Source: an uncultured Gammaproteobacteria bacterium (GTDB lineage Bacteria > Patescibacteriota > Microgenomatia > CAZETR01). From it: DNA of 64,000 nt. The DNA is taken from positions 1,954 to 65,953 of the forward strand of contig CAZETR010000033.1 of assembly GCA_964514545.1 (NCBI GenBank), given 5' to 3'. Under the pieces are notes generated by a model, which did not search any database, was not told the DNA's origin, and saw only the letters and a program-made list of their open reading frames with translations. A program made the translations under genes and the position numbers. Shown piece by piece: positions 39,365-48,491 of this stretch (its first letter is position 1; the number at the start of each line of letters is the position of its first letter).

Positions 39365-40513
39365 TTAGAAATCCCAGGTTAAAAGATATATATCGTGCCT
39401 GGTATCCTCCCCAGCCTTCAACATCTGGGCCTTCGAAATTAACTCCAAAGCCCTGACCCAAACTGGTTCATTTTTTTCGGCAATAGGCCAATAATTTTCC
39501 AGCGAATTTGCCACTAAAAATTGCAATTCAGGCGGTTGTTCTTGGGTATGCCGTACACCGACTACCGCAACTGCATGGTCAGCAAAAATCCTCATAAATA
39601 GGCCTCCTTTACGCTGCTCCATTAATTTTATTGCCTCCCCCCAGTTGAAATCCGCATGGACGTCAAACCCCTTTTCAGCCATATAGTCGAGCCACTTACC
39701 ACCGAAAGTCCTGTACCTCGTCCCCTCGCCTTGCGGAATTCGCTGCTGCATCTCTGTAATATCTACGGGTTTAATATCTGCCCCTTGGGCAAGAGCCGCT
39801 TGGGCTAAGTTATAGCTTGCATACAGCACGCATTCCACGCCGGTTTGCATCGTAACCCTGTCAAGCATTCGAATTTCCGGAAGAAAATGCCTGGTCACCT
39901 GAAAACTAGTTTCAGCCGCTTCAAAATCCTGAAGTTCGTCTACTCGCTTACTCAAGTCAGATAAATATGCTAATAATTGATCGAGCGATCTTCCCTCAAT
40001 CTCAGAAGGCGGAATTCCTAATGCAGTTGCCAACCGCACCGCCCGCATTGGATTAACCTTAGGCATACCCAGGCTAATCACATTAAGAATATCATCACCG
40101 CCAACGACTAGCTCCTTTGTCTCTTCAAAAATAATTCTGATTATTTCACTAGCCGGAGCAGTCTCTGGAAATTGATCTAGAATTCTAATCACATCTGCAA
40201 TTGACTGATCAGTGCTGCCAGCGACCTTCGGACCCGGAAGGTGGTCTATGCGAATCTGGGTGAGAAGATCAGAATCAGGATCCTGTTCCCGAACAAGCGC
40301 GATCAACTTAACAAGGGCATCGCTATCCCCCCTACCCATAATCCTATCTATAATCGACTTGAAATCAAATGTTCCAGCCCCGGTGTTCATTCTCTCTGGT
40401 TCACCCAATCCAGACAGCTTGATAAAAGTCCTTAACCCTAGTATTTCGTCCTCCCTGTTTGGCAAGACTGGCTTTTTAGAAGGTTGGAAATCTGTATGAT
40501 CTTCAGAATACAT
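39365..40513 (-). CDS. hypothetical protein with C-terminal papain-fold (C39-like) cysteine-peptidase signature, occupying the usual pyrH position
   Basis: C-terminal 'Q…GVECVLYASYNLAQAAL' (Cys) and 'ADHAVAVVGVRH' (His) with C39_2-like spacing; N-terminal ~200 aa unassigned. Confidence 0.35.
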   Translation of the reverse strand: MYSEDHTDFQPSKKPVLPNREDEILGLRTFIKLSGLGEPERMNTGAGTFDFKSIIDRIMGRGDSDALVKLIALVREQDPDSDLLTQIRIDHLPGPKVAGSTDQSIADVIRILDQFPETAPASEIIRIIFEETKELVVGGDDILNVISLGMPKVNPMRAVRLATALGIPPSEIEGRSLDQLLAYLSDLSKRVDELQDFEAAETSFQVTRHFLPEIRMLDRVTMQTGVECVLYASYNLAQAALAQGADIKPVDITEMQQRIPQGEGTRYRTFGGKWLDYMAEKGFDVHADFNWGEAIKLMEQRKGGLFMRIFADHAVAVVGVRHTQEQPPELQFLVANSLENYWPIAEKNEPVWVRALELISKAQMLKAGEDTRHDIYLLTWDF

Positions 40514-40526
40514 GGTTCAATTAATT

Positions 40527-40988
40527 CTACACTGCCAATCTCTTAAACTCCGCCACCACAATCTTCTCCCCCGTCTTTCCAGACACTTCCTTAACCAATT
40601 GATCAATGGTCTTTCCGGCATCACGAATATATGGTTGGCCCAATAGTTCCTCGACGCTTTGGGGATCCATCGAGGCTACTTGCTTGGCAATCTCTTCACC
40701 TAGAAGTTTGACCTCATCTAGTCGCGCCACAAAATCCGTCTCGGTACCGATTACGACCATTGCGCCGACCGTTCCAGTGTGGTGGAGGTACATAAATACC
40801 CGTCCGGATTTAACTTCCCGCTCCGCTGCCTTTTTCTCAGCCCTCTCAATTCCCTTCTGTTCCAAAATCTTCACGGCTTTGGCAAAATCTCCCCCCGTTT
40901 CCGTGAGGGCCCGCCGGCAGTCCATAATTCCTGCGCTGGTCTTTTCGCGAAGTTCCTTAATTTGATCAATGGTTACAGTCTTCTTCAT
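40527..40988 (-). CDS. tsf: elongation factor Ts (short form)
   Basis: N-terminal UBA-like 'IKELREKTSAGIMDCRRAL' EF-Ts signature. Confidence 0.8.
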   Translation of the reverse strand: MKKTVTIDQIKELREKTSAGIMDCRRALTETGGDFAKAVKILEQKGIERAEKKAAEREVKSGRVFMYLHHTGTVGAMVVIGTETDFVARLDEVKLLGEEIAKQVASMDPQSVEELLGQPYIRDAGKTIDQLVKEVSGKTGEKIVVAEFKRLAV

Positions 40989-41076
40989 GCGGATATCTTG
41001 CAGTATTAATCGGACTCGTCGAGTTGCATCAACTGTCCAGATTGGACATTTGAAATTGAGTGATTGTTGATTTGGT

Positions 41077-41874
41077 TTAGATTTCCTCGGGTTCGTCTAC
41101 AACTCCCTCAATCTTCTGCACCACTTTTTTCTTTTTTGCCTCGGCCTTGGCTGTCTTTTCTTCCGTCTTTGTTTTTGACTGCCGACCCTCCTCAACCGCC
41201 CCGGCAATCTCGTTTATGATTAGTTCAATCGACTTGACCGCATCATCGTTGGCCGGAATCACGTAGTCTATGCCCTCCGGATCGCCGTTGGAGTCGACTA
41301 TTCCAATAATCTTAATTCCCATTCTTTTGGCTTCGCGAATTGTTGTATCCTCCTTGTGGGTATCTACCACAAACACTGCCTTGGGCAACTCGGTCAACTG
41401 TGCCATCCCGCCAAAGAATCTCTCAAGCTTTGTAATTTCCCGATCCAGAAGCAGTTGTTCTTTCTTCGTAAATTCCTTAAGTTCTCCGGCCGCCCGCTTT
41501 GCCTTTAAATCGCATAGCCGGTCAACTCTTTTTTTCATCTGGGAAAAATTGGTAAATGACCCACCTAGCCACCTCTCGGTAACATACGCCGCACCGACTC
41601 TCTTCGCCGCCTCCTGAACCATCCCCGCCGCCTGTCTCTTGCATCCGACAAAGACAACGACTCCGCCACCGGCAACTAGGTCCCGGAGATATGCGCAAGC
41701 ATTATCCAATCCCTCTTTAGTCTTGACCAAATCAAATACATGCACCCCGTCCCTCTCAGTAAATATGTACTGTTCCATCTTGGGATTCCACCGTCTGGAT
41801 TGATGCCCAAAATGGCAACCGGCCTCAAGTAATTGTTTTAGTGTAACTGCCATATGTCCTCCTTGTACCGCCAC
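41077..41874 (-). CDS. rpsB: 30S ribosomal protein S2
   Basis: 'LLEAGCHFGHQSRRWNPKM' signature. Confidence 0.9.
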   Translation of the reverse strand: MAVQGGHMAVTLKQLLEAGCHFGHQSRRWNPKMEQYIFTERDGVHVFDLVKTKEGLDNACAYLRDLVAGGGVVVFVGCKRQAAGMVQEAAKRVGAAYVTERWLGGSFTNFSQMKKRVDRLCDLKAKRAAGELKEFTKKEQLLLDREITKLERFFGGMAQLTELPKAVFVVDTHKEDTTIREAKRMGIKIIGIVDSNGDPEGIDYVIPANDDAVKSIELIINEIAGAVEEGRQSKTKTEEKTAKAEAKKKKVVQKIEGVVDEPEEI

Positions 41875-41982
41875 TTGTCAGAAGTTATCAGGAGGATCCC
41901 AACAAGTGTGAGAATTAATTAATACGTAGTTTACCAAAGATCGATCCTGAGGTCAATTACAAAACACAGCCTGGTGCGGAAA

Positions 41983-42008
41983 TATATCATATACTAATAT
42001 ATGATATA
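41983..42008. promoter_or_regulatory. AT-rich palindrome copy 4, ~110 bp upstream of rpsB
   Basis: TATATCATATACTAATATATGATATA read directly. Confidence 0.6.
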
Positions 42009-42110
42009 TATTACTCTCTGGGTAACGCTCGTGGGGGTTTAGCCACTCCACAGTCGCATCTTCTAATTCCCTAGAACAAATGAAGACGCAACAAATTAGA
42101 CCTCTGACTA

Positions 42111-42842
42111 CTAACCAGGCGTAAACTTGACCATTTCACTCTCCCCGATTGCCAACGCAACAAACCCTCGATTTCTACCCAGCATCTGCTCATCTTTTCG
42201 CTTGGCCATATAGAGAAGGCCGTCTACCCTTTTTCTTAACTCATCGGCACTTTCGCTCCCGTCATCTATACTTGCACCAATGCTTACTGTGACCGATCCA
42301 AAGTCAGACGGCAATCTAGCCATTTCAGCCAGAGATTTGGCGCAAACCTCTCCAACCTGACGAACAACTTCAATTAACTCCTCCTCTGAAACATCGGGGA
42401 TCACCACCAAAAACTCCTCTCCACCATCCCTACCTATCACCCAACCGTCCGACAGAGAATTTAAAATCTCTGCAAGTGCCAACAAAACCTTATCACCATC
42501 TGGATGACCGTAAGTATCGTTCACCTGTTTAAAGTGATCGACGTCCATCAATATCACTCCCACTTTTGAGTTATGTCTTCTCTGCAGAGATAGAGCGTCC
42601 TCCAGCCACTCTCTTATTCCTGTTTGATTCAACAGACCAGTCAACCTATCAACCCTAGTCAATACCTCAATTTCCAAACGCTCCTCAACTAGAATTCTAG
42701 CAAACTCTTCTCTCAATAACGTCCCGTCCACGATTTTATCGTGCATTTCTCCATACCTTACGTCTAGCGCCTCACTATGCAATCGCGCTCTATCTGGAAG
42801 AGAAAGCCTAGGCTTCTCCCGCCTTTCTCCCGCCTCGCTCAT
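42111..42842 (-). CDS. GGDEF-domain diguanylate cyclase
   Basis: 'GGEEF' active site, upstream 'DVDHFKQVNDTYGH' motif. Confidence 0.8.
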   Translation of the reverse strand: MSEAGERREKPRLSLPDRARLHSEALDVRYGEMHDKIVDGTLLREEFARILVEERLEIEVLTRVDRLTGLLNQTGIREWLEDALSLQRRHNSKVGVILMDVDHFKQVNDTYGHPDGDKVLLALAEILNSLSDGWVIGRDGGEEFLVVIPDVSEEELIEVVRQVGEVCAKSLAEMARLPSDFGSVTVSIGASIDDGSESADELRKRVDGLLYMAKRKDEQMLGRNRGFVALAIGESEMVKFTPG

Positions 42843-43681
42843 TTCAGCACCTCCACCAAATTCTCAAACAAACTTACAACTGTTACCGGACCGACACCCC
42901 CGGGTACCGGGGTAATGAAACTGGCCTTCGGGGAAACAGAAGCAAAGTCAAAGTCGCCCTGCGGGGAACCCACGTCAATAGCAATTACGCCCCGCTCGCC
43001 TCGCCGAAGCCCGTCGGGCGAAGGAGGGTCTTTTACCATATCGCGGGTTATAAGACCCGGCCGACCTGTGGCGCTAATTACCACGTCGGCGGTCTTTAAT
43101 TTCTCGATGTCGAAATCCTCTCTGTCCATGCCGAAAACTATCATCTTCCCTCTTTTCTCTATCTCTATCTCAATTCTTCTCCCAACCGTTCCCTTATTCC
43201 CAACAACCGCCAGGCTGACAGGGACTGTCCTTGTCAATCGCATCGCCTCATCGAGAATCGCGATAACCGCCCGAACAGTAGCCGGTAAAAGGTAACTATC
43301 GGGGCGAAGACCATCGATATCCTTACGCGAATCAATCAATTCCACAATTTCCGATTCCAAATCACGAGTATCGGGAAGTAACGGAAGCTGAATCATGATA
43401 CCGTCAACCGTAAAACCAACATTTAACCGCAGGATTAAATCTCTTAAACCGGCCGGGTTGAACGAATTGGAAATAGGGGTGGAGACAAAATCTATTCCCA
43501 TCTCGCCCGCTTTCTTTTCCTTAATCCGAGTGTATATCCGGCTGGGCTCATGATTGGGATTATAGATACTCGTTAGTTTGGGTCTGCGCCCAAGTTTTTC
43601 GGTCAGCTTAACTACTCTATCTCTAACCTCTATCTCTATCTTATTCGCAAACTCTTTACCGTTAAAAACTATGGGGGCCAT
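42839..43681 (-). CDS. folD: bifunctional methylenetetrahydrofolate dehydrogenase/cyclohydrolase
   Basis: C-terminal 'TPVPGGVGPVTV' and overall FolD layout. Confidence 0.85.
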   Translation of the reverse strand: MAPIVFNGKEFANKIEIEVRDRVVKLTEKLGRRPKLTSIYNPNHEPSRIYTRIKEKKAGEMGIDFVSTPISNSFNPAGLRDLILRLNVGFTVDGIMIQLPLLPDTRDLESEIVELIDSRKDIDGLRPDSYLLPATVRAVIAILDEAMRLTRTVPVSLAVVGNKGTVGRRIEIEIEKRGKMIVFGMDREDFDIEKLKTADVVISATGRPGLITRDMVKDPPSPDGLRRGERGVIAIDVGSPQGDFDFASVSPKASFITPVPGGVGPVTVVSLFENLVEVLK

Positions 43682-43731
43682 CGTGGAAAGTCAAAAATTA
43701 AAAGGCAAAAGGCAAAATTTAAAGTAAAAAG

Positions 43732-45081
43732 TTAAAAGTCTGACGGAATCGGGAACTCTCTACACAGAGACAATACTTCCTTTCTCAACCGGACGACCGT
43801 CTCATCCTCAAAAATCTTAACTTTGAAACGCTTCCTGGCAGCTTGATCTTTTTCCTTATCTCCGCTTCCAATATCTGCGAATTTTGATTTGACATTGGAC
43901 ATCGCCAGATTTGTGATCGTATCGATCCACCCCGCAATTAACCTCATTTCTTTCTCCTTCATTCCGCGGGTTGTAATCGCCGGAGTCCCCAACCTTAATC
44001 CTGAAGGGTAGTAATTGCTCCGAGGATCATTGGGAATCGTTTGCCGATTGGCTACAACCCCCGCAGCTTCCAGAGCCCACGCGGCAGTCCAGCCATCTAT
44101 CTCTTTGTTTGAAAGGTCAATCCAGATCATGTGGTTTTCCGTCCCACCACCGATCAAGGTATAGTCTTTTTGTGATAACACTTCACAAATTGCTTGAGCA
44201 TTTGTAACTATCTGTTTCGCATAGATCTTAAATGCATCCGTCATCGCTTCATCCAGCGCTACAGCCACCCCGGCTACAGTCTCCATGTGCGGACCGCCCT
44301 GAAGTCCGGGAAAAACAGCTCTGTCTATTTTCTCCCCCAGCGCCGGATCTTTCTTGAGTCCCTTGTCAGTTACCATAACGATCGCCCCCCGCGGTCCCCG
44401 CAGAGTCTTGTGAGTTGTAGTCATAATTACATCCGCAAAAGGCACGGGTGAGGGATGAGCATTACCTGCAACCAAGCCCGCAATATGGGAAATGTCAGCT
44501 ACAAAATAAGCCCCGACCTTTTTAGCAACTTGGGCATATCTCTCCCATTTAAAAACCCTGGTATATCCAGTCCCGCCGGAAAAAATAATTTTGGGCTGGA
44601 ATTTCACCGCCTGACTCTCCAGGCTCTCCCAGTCAATCTCTCCATCGGCAGTCATGTAGTAATAAAAGGGCTTAAAAAATTTAGAAGTCACACTGGCCGT
44701 TTGTCCCATAGACAGGTGCCCCCCGTGAGACAAAAGCTGCGAAAGAATTACATCCCCCGGCTCGCAGATGGCCGAAAGGATGGCCAGATTCGCGGGTGAT
44801 CCGGAGTAGGGCTGAACATTGACATACGGCACGCCAAACAATTTCTTCGCCCTCTCCTGCGCCAGTCTTTCCAGTTTGTCTACCGCCTCGTTGCCCTGAT
44901 AGTATCTCTTGCCCGGGTACCCCTCGGCATACTTATTCATAAACACCGACCCGACCGCTTCCATCACCGCCCGGGATACATAGTTTTCCGAGGGAATCAT
45001 CTCCAAAACCTCCGATTGGCGTTTCTGCTCCAAGCCAATCAGTTCGCGGACATCCAAGTCATCTAAAATCTTTTTCACCAC
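43732..45081 (-). CDS. glyA: serine hydroxymethyltransferase
   Basis: 'LIPSENYVS', PLP site 'TTHKTLRGPRG'. Confidence 0.9.
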   Translation of the reverse strand: MVKKILDDLDVRELIGLEQKRQSEVLEMIPSENYVSRAVMEAVGSVFMNKYAEGYPGKRYYQGNEAVDKLERLAQERAKKLFGVPYVNVQPYSGSPANLAILSAICEPGDVILSQLLSHGGHLSMGQTASVTSKFFKPFYYYMTADGEIDWESLESQAVKFQPKIIFSGGTGYTRVFKWERYAQVAKKVGAYFVADISHIAGLVAGNAHPSPVPFADVIMTTTHKTLRGPRGAIVMVTDKGLKKDPALGEKIDRAVFPGLQGGPHMETVAGVAVALDEAMTDAFKIYAKQIVTNAQAICEVLSQKDYTLIGGGTENHMIWIDLSNKEIDGWTAAWALEAAGVVANRQTIPNDPRSNYYPSGLRLGTPAITTRGMKEKEMRLIAGWIDTITNLAMSNVKSKFADIGSGDKEKDQAARKRFKVKIFEDETVVRLRKEVLSLCREFPIPSDF

Positions 45082-45336
45082 GCCTGAATTCTAACATCGA
45101 CCGAGGTATTTTCCTACTCACCTCTAACCCGATCGTTCCCGTTCTTCATACTTAAAAGGCCAAATGCAACCAGCAATGTCACACCAGCGGCCTTAAAACC
45201 AAAAACTAAATCCGCCAACACCGCCGGCCCCACCAGTACAGCCAGGGAGACCAGCGCCTTCCTCAACCCTTCGGGCAAGAGCTCCCAGAAATTTACGTTT
45301 CGCAGTTTTGCTTCCGAATCGGCAGTCATGTATTTA

Positions 45337-46275
45337 TTATACCCTACCTGAAGCCAAAAGACCCGCCGACGTCTCGCCTTCCCGGCCCATCCGTGTGTCA
45401 ATAACTCCCAAACTTGCCCACTCGGCAAACATTTGAATCCTCATCGCCTCCAAATCCAACCCTTCTTCCCGCCGATGACCGTCAATTATCTCAACCACCC
45501 GCTGGAGGGTCAGCTCTCGTCCAAACAAGGGAACATTAATTCTATGAAATCTGGCTTTAATCTCGGCTTCTCCCAACAGTTTTCTGCGGGAGTCAGCTCC
45601 TGCTCCCAATATCTCTCTATATGCTTCATCCCCGGCCATCACCCCCACAATCGAGTCGTACATCTGAATCATTATTTCCCAGGGCTTATCAAAACCATCA
45701 AAGACAACCACTCTATCCCGAAACTGACCAACCAGCTTTAAATAGTTCTGTCTAATTTGCTGGTAAACTCCAAGCGGCGCCCGATCCCGGTAATTTCTCT
45801 TCATCATCATCCCCTCGGAAGCCCTAACTCTCATCATGGACTCTTCGGGTAACAGATCCGTGTAAAAAATTTTCGTCGGATAAGCGCCTATAAAGGGTTT
45901 TTGCACCGAAGCTAAGTAATCGTCACTGCCTGCCCCGTCTACAGACTGAATTGCCAGGGTCGACATCCAACTCCTATCACCCAATAGTATTCCGGTCGGA
46001 TTTTCCGCCATCCAAGGCAAAATCTCTTTATAAACCAATTCTGATCTCTGGGCGCTAAACATAAACAGGTTAGTTAGTCCATGCGGATGCGCCTCGTGCC
46101 ACTGCTCCTTGCCAAACATCATCTCCCGTATCATCATGCCGATCGGCGTCCCTCCAGGTTCAACCAAAGTTTTGACAGGCACACCAAAGGCTTTCTCCAA
46201 AAGCGGGGGCAAGAGTCCGTGCAGTGTGGTCTTGCCCACCCCCTCGGGTCCTTCGAGTGCGATGCTAATTGCCAT
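45337..46275 (-). CDS. tmk: thymidylate kinase-like protein with ~90-aa C-terminal extension
   Basis: P-loop 'LEGPEGVGKTT', 'EPGGT' dTMP-binding motif. Confidence 0.55.
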   Translation of the reverse strand: MAISIALEGPEGVGKTTLHGLLPPLLEKAFGVPVKTLVEPGGTPIGMMIREMMFGKEQWHEAHPHGLTNLFMFSAQRSELVYKEILPWMAENPTGILLGDRSWMSTLAIQSVDGAGSDDYLASVQKPFIGAYPTKIFYTDLLPEESMMRVRASEGMMMKRNYRDRAPLGVYQQIRQNYLKLVGQFRDRVVVFDGFDKPWEIMIQMYDSIVGVMAGDEAYREILGAGADSRRKLLGEAEIKARFHRINVPLFGRELTLQRVVEIIDGHRREEGLDLEAMRIQMFAEWASLGVIDTRMGREGETSAGLLASGRV

Positions 46276-46278
46276 AAT

Positions 46279-47844
46279 TTATGAATCTCTAAGCTGTAGA
46301 AATCTGAAGATGGGCGCATTGGCTTTCTTTAGAGCCAGTGCAAATTCACTGCTTGGAGAGCTGATGTCCGGATGCGCGTTGGGGCTAGCTCTCAGTTTAA
46401 GGAAATGAAATACATCCAACCCGCTTATCCGCATCGTTACTGGAATTAGAGACGCCCTAGAAACAAACAGAGGCCCAAAAACTCTCCCGTATTGGGGACC
46501 AATATCCTCTATCAAGTAATAACCTTGATTGTTCAGCTCAATCCCCTTTTGGTATAAGTCTGTAAGACCAAGTTCCCGATACAACCTCGGAGTGCTAAAC
46601 CCGTCGGGAATAAATTCACCAACTATATATGTTGCCAGCCTGTGCCTAACCATTTCAAAAAACGCACCCACCGACAGATTAAAGCCGGCCGTAATCTGGA
46701 CCATTTCCAATTCCGCCGGCGGTCTATCATGAATGGTAAAACCTTCGAAAATTCCCTGGATTGCAGTCTCAACGCTCTCCGGAGATAAAAATTGAACTTC
46801 TCGATAAACGCGGGTAAAATCCTGCTCACCGCCGTTTGCCAGAAAAGCCGCCAAAAACATCTCCTCAGCGTGCGGACTGCAATCCATCCATAAGAACTCT
46901 GATTTCTCGGAGAGAATCGGCCTACCAGCCCCTAAATCCAGCTGTTCACAAATTCTTCTCCTTCTCTCGGGCAACCCTTGGGTATACGGAGATGGCTCTA
47001 CACGTCGCATTAGTGTCGGCAGTCCCTCCCTGGCCAGATTTCGCAACCTAATGGCAATTTCAGCTGTTTCCGGAAACTCACTAGCAGCAAGTTTAGCTAT
47101 CCCCTCCCGAAGGGCCAATGCGCTATTTGGATGCATCGCAAGATGATTTAAAAAGCTGCCATTTGTAACCTGTCTCGCATCATCCAGCGAATGTGAGAGC
47201 GCCCTCCATCTAAACTGCCATTGCTTCTCTCCTTCCCGCCTGGTTAGGGATTCTAAGTAATGCTCAAGCCCTCTAAATGTCAGCTCTTTGTAAATGTCGT
47301 AAATTTCCTGGTTCACATTACCCAAAGTCTCACCAATACCAGCCCTAACAAGCTCATCAGGAATACGCCAATAATGTTCAGGAAAGACCCCTCCCCTGCT
47401 AGAAAAAGCCTCAAAAGCTCCATGTCTTAATGAGCAAATATCCCTCAAACCCGCTAAGACAGAAATCCCCTCCATGATAATTGGCGGATCCCCACCGAAT
47501 TCCCCAGGCCCGGCATTTACCTGTTCAATAATACTAGCATGCGACACTTCCTTCGAAGACCTAGCCGCCAAAGCGTAAAGCAGAAAAAACGCGCTGCTTG
47601 CACTTTCCTCCTCGCCTTCAACCTCGATTTTCTTTCCCCGCTCGGTCAGCACCATTCTTTGAAGTTCACTATAGGAAGTTGCGGTTCGATCCCCCAAGGC
47701 AACCACCCTCCCCCTCTCTTCTCTGGTAAGTGCCCCTTCCCGATCCAGGAAATCTACAAGAGGCCGATACTCCACAAGACTGGGGTCAGGAGTCCTTTCT
47801 CTCATAATTGACTCGGCCAGGTTCTCGCTTATTCTCTCCCCCAT
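46279..47844 (-). CDS. long ThyX-like protein (flavin-dependent thymidylate synthase domain in C-terminal half, unassigned N-terminal ~300 aa)
   Basis: 'H…P.E……FFEMVRHRLATY…STPRLY' (ThyX RHR motif region) and 'LKLRASPNAHPDIS' (cf. LRxDxHAQxEI); context between dcd and tmk. Confidence 0.45.
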   Translation of the reverse strand: MGERISENLAESIMRERTPDPSLVEYRPLVDFLDREGALTREERGRVVALGDRTATSYSELQRMVLTERGKKIEVEGEEESASSAFFLLYALAARSSKEVSHASIIEQVNAGPGEFGGDPPIIMEGISVLAGLRDICSLRHGAFEAFSSRGGVFPEHYWRIPDELVRAGIGETLGNVNQEIYDIYKELTFRGLEHYLESLTRREGEKQWQFRWRALSHSLDDARQVTNGSFLNHLAMHPNSALALREGIAKLAASEFPETAEIAIRLRNLAREGLPTLMRRVEPSPYTQGLPERRRRICEQLDLGAGRPILSEKSEFLWMDCSPHAEEMFLAAFLANGGEQDFTRVYREVQFLSPESVETAIQGIFEGFTIHDRPPAELEMVQITAGFNLSVGAFFEMVRHRLATYIVGEFIPDGFSTPRLYRELGLTDLYQKGIELNNQGYYLIEDIGPQYGRVFGPLFVSRASLIPVTMRISGLDVFHFLKLRASPNAHPDISSPSSEFALALKKANAPIFRFLQLRDS

Positions 47845-48446
47845 ATACTATTTAAATTAGAACTAACGGTACCCTTCTGGCCCTGATAGTGGCTTTTGAC
47901 CTTCTTGTGACCATAGGGATATTGAGCCGGGCTAGTCATCTGGATAAAACTGATTTGACAAATCTTCATGCCTTTGTAGAGGGCAATCGGTAAATTTGAG
48001 AGGTTGGAAATCTCAAGCGTCAACTGACCCTCAAACCCCGGATCGACATAACCGGCTGTGGAGTGAATTACAATCCCGATCCGCCCCAAACTGCTTTTTC
48101 CCTCCAGCCGGGCCACAAGATCAACCGGAATTCTGACCCATTCAATTGTCGTTCCCAAGACAAATTCCCGCGGGTGAATGATCAATGGCTCGTCCCTCTT
48201 AATTTCTATCCGTTTCATTAAACGCTTTTGATCTTTCCTGGTGTCGATGAGCGACTGGCTGTGAGAATCGAATATTAAAAAATCAGAGCCTAAGTGAAGA
48301 TCCACGGAAGAGGGCTGGACGCAATTGTCCCGAAACGGCTTAACCTGAAGCCTCTTTTCTCGATCTTTATCTCTAACTCTCTGCCTAATGTCCCTGTCCG
48401 ACAATACCATCCCGAAATTTATAGTAAACAATATGCAATGAAGCAA
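47829..48446 (-). CDS. dcd: dCTP deaminase
   Basis: N-terminal 'LSDRDIRQ…' and 'VDLHLG' β-clasp motifs of Dcd/Dut superfamily. Confidence 0.8.
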   Translation of the reverse strand: MLHCILFTINFGMVLSDRDIRQRVRDKDREKRLQVKPFRDNCVQPSSVDLHLGSDFLIFDSHSQSLIDTRKDQKRLMKRIEIKRDEPLIIHPREFVLGTTIEWVRIPVDLVARLEGKSSLGRIGIVIHSTAGYVDPGFEGQLTLEISNLSNLPIALYKGMKICQISFIQMTSPAQYPYGHKKVKSHYQGQKGTVSSNLNSIWGRE

Positions 48447-48491
48447 CTAGATCTTTTAGTATCTTTCCGATTTATCGACTTTACACCCTAG

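Noticed and set aside
42111-42842. GGDEF protein as target of the upstream palindrome (41983-42008)
   Set aside because: Palindrome lies downstream (3') of this minus-strand gene; it is positioned upstream of rpsB instead.
45114-45428. 104-aa minus-strand ORF overlapping the 3' end of tmk-like gene by 92 nt
   Set aside because: Large out-of-frame overlap with a well-supported gene; probably spurious or much shorter.
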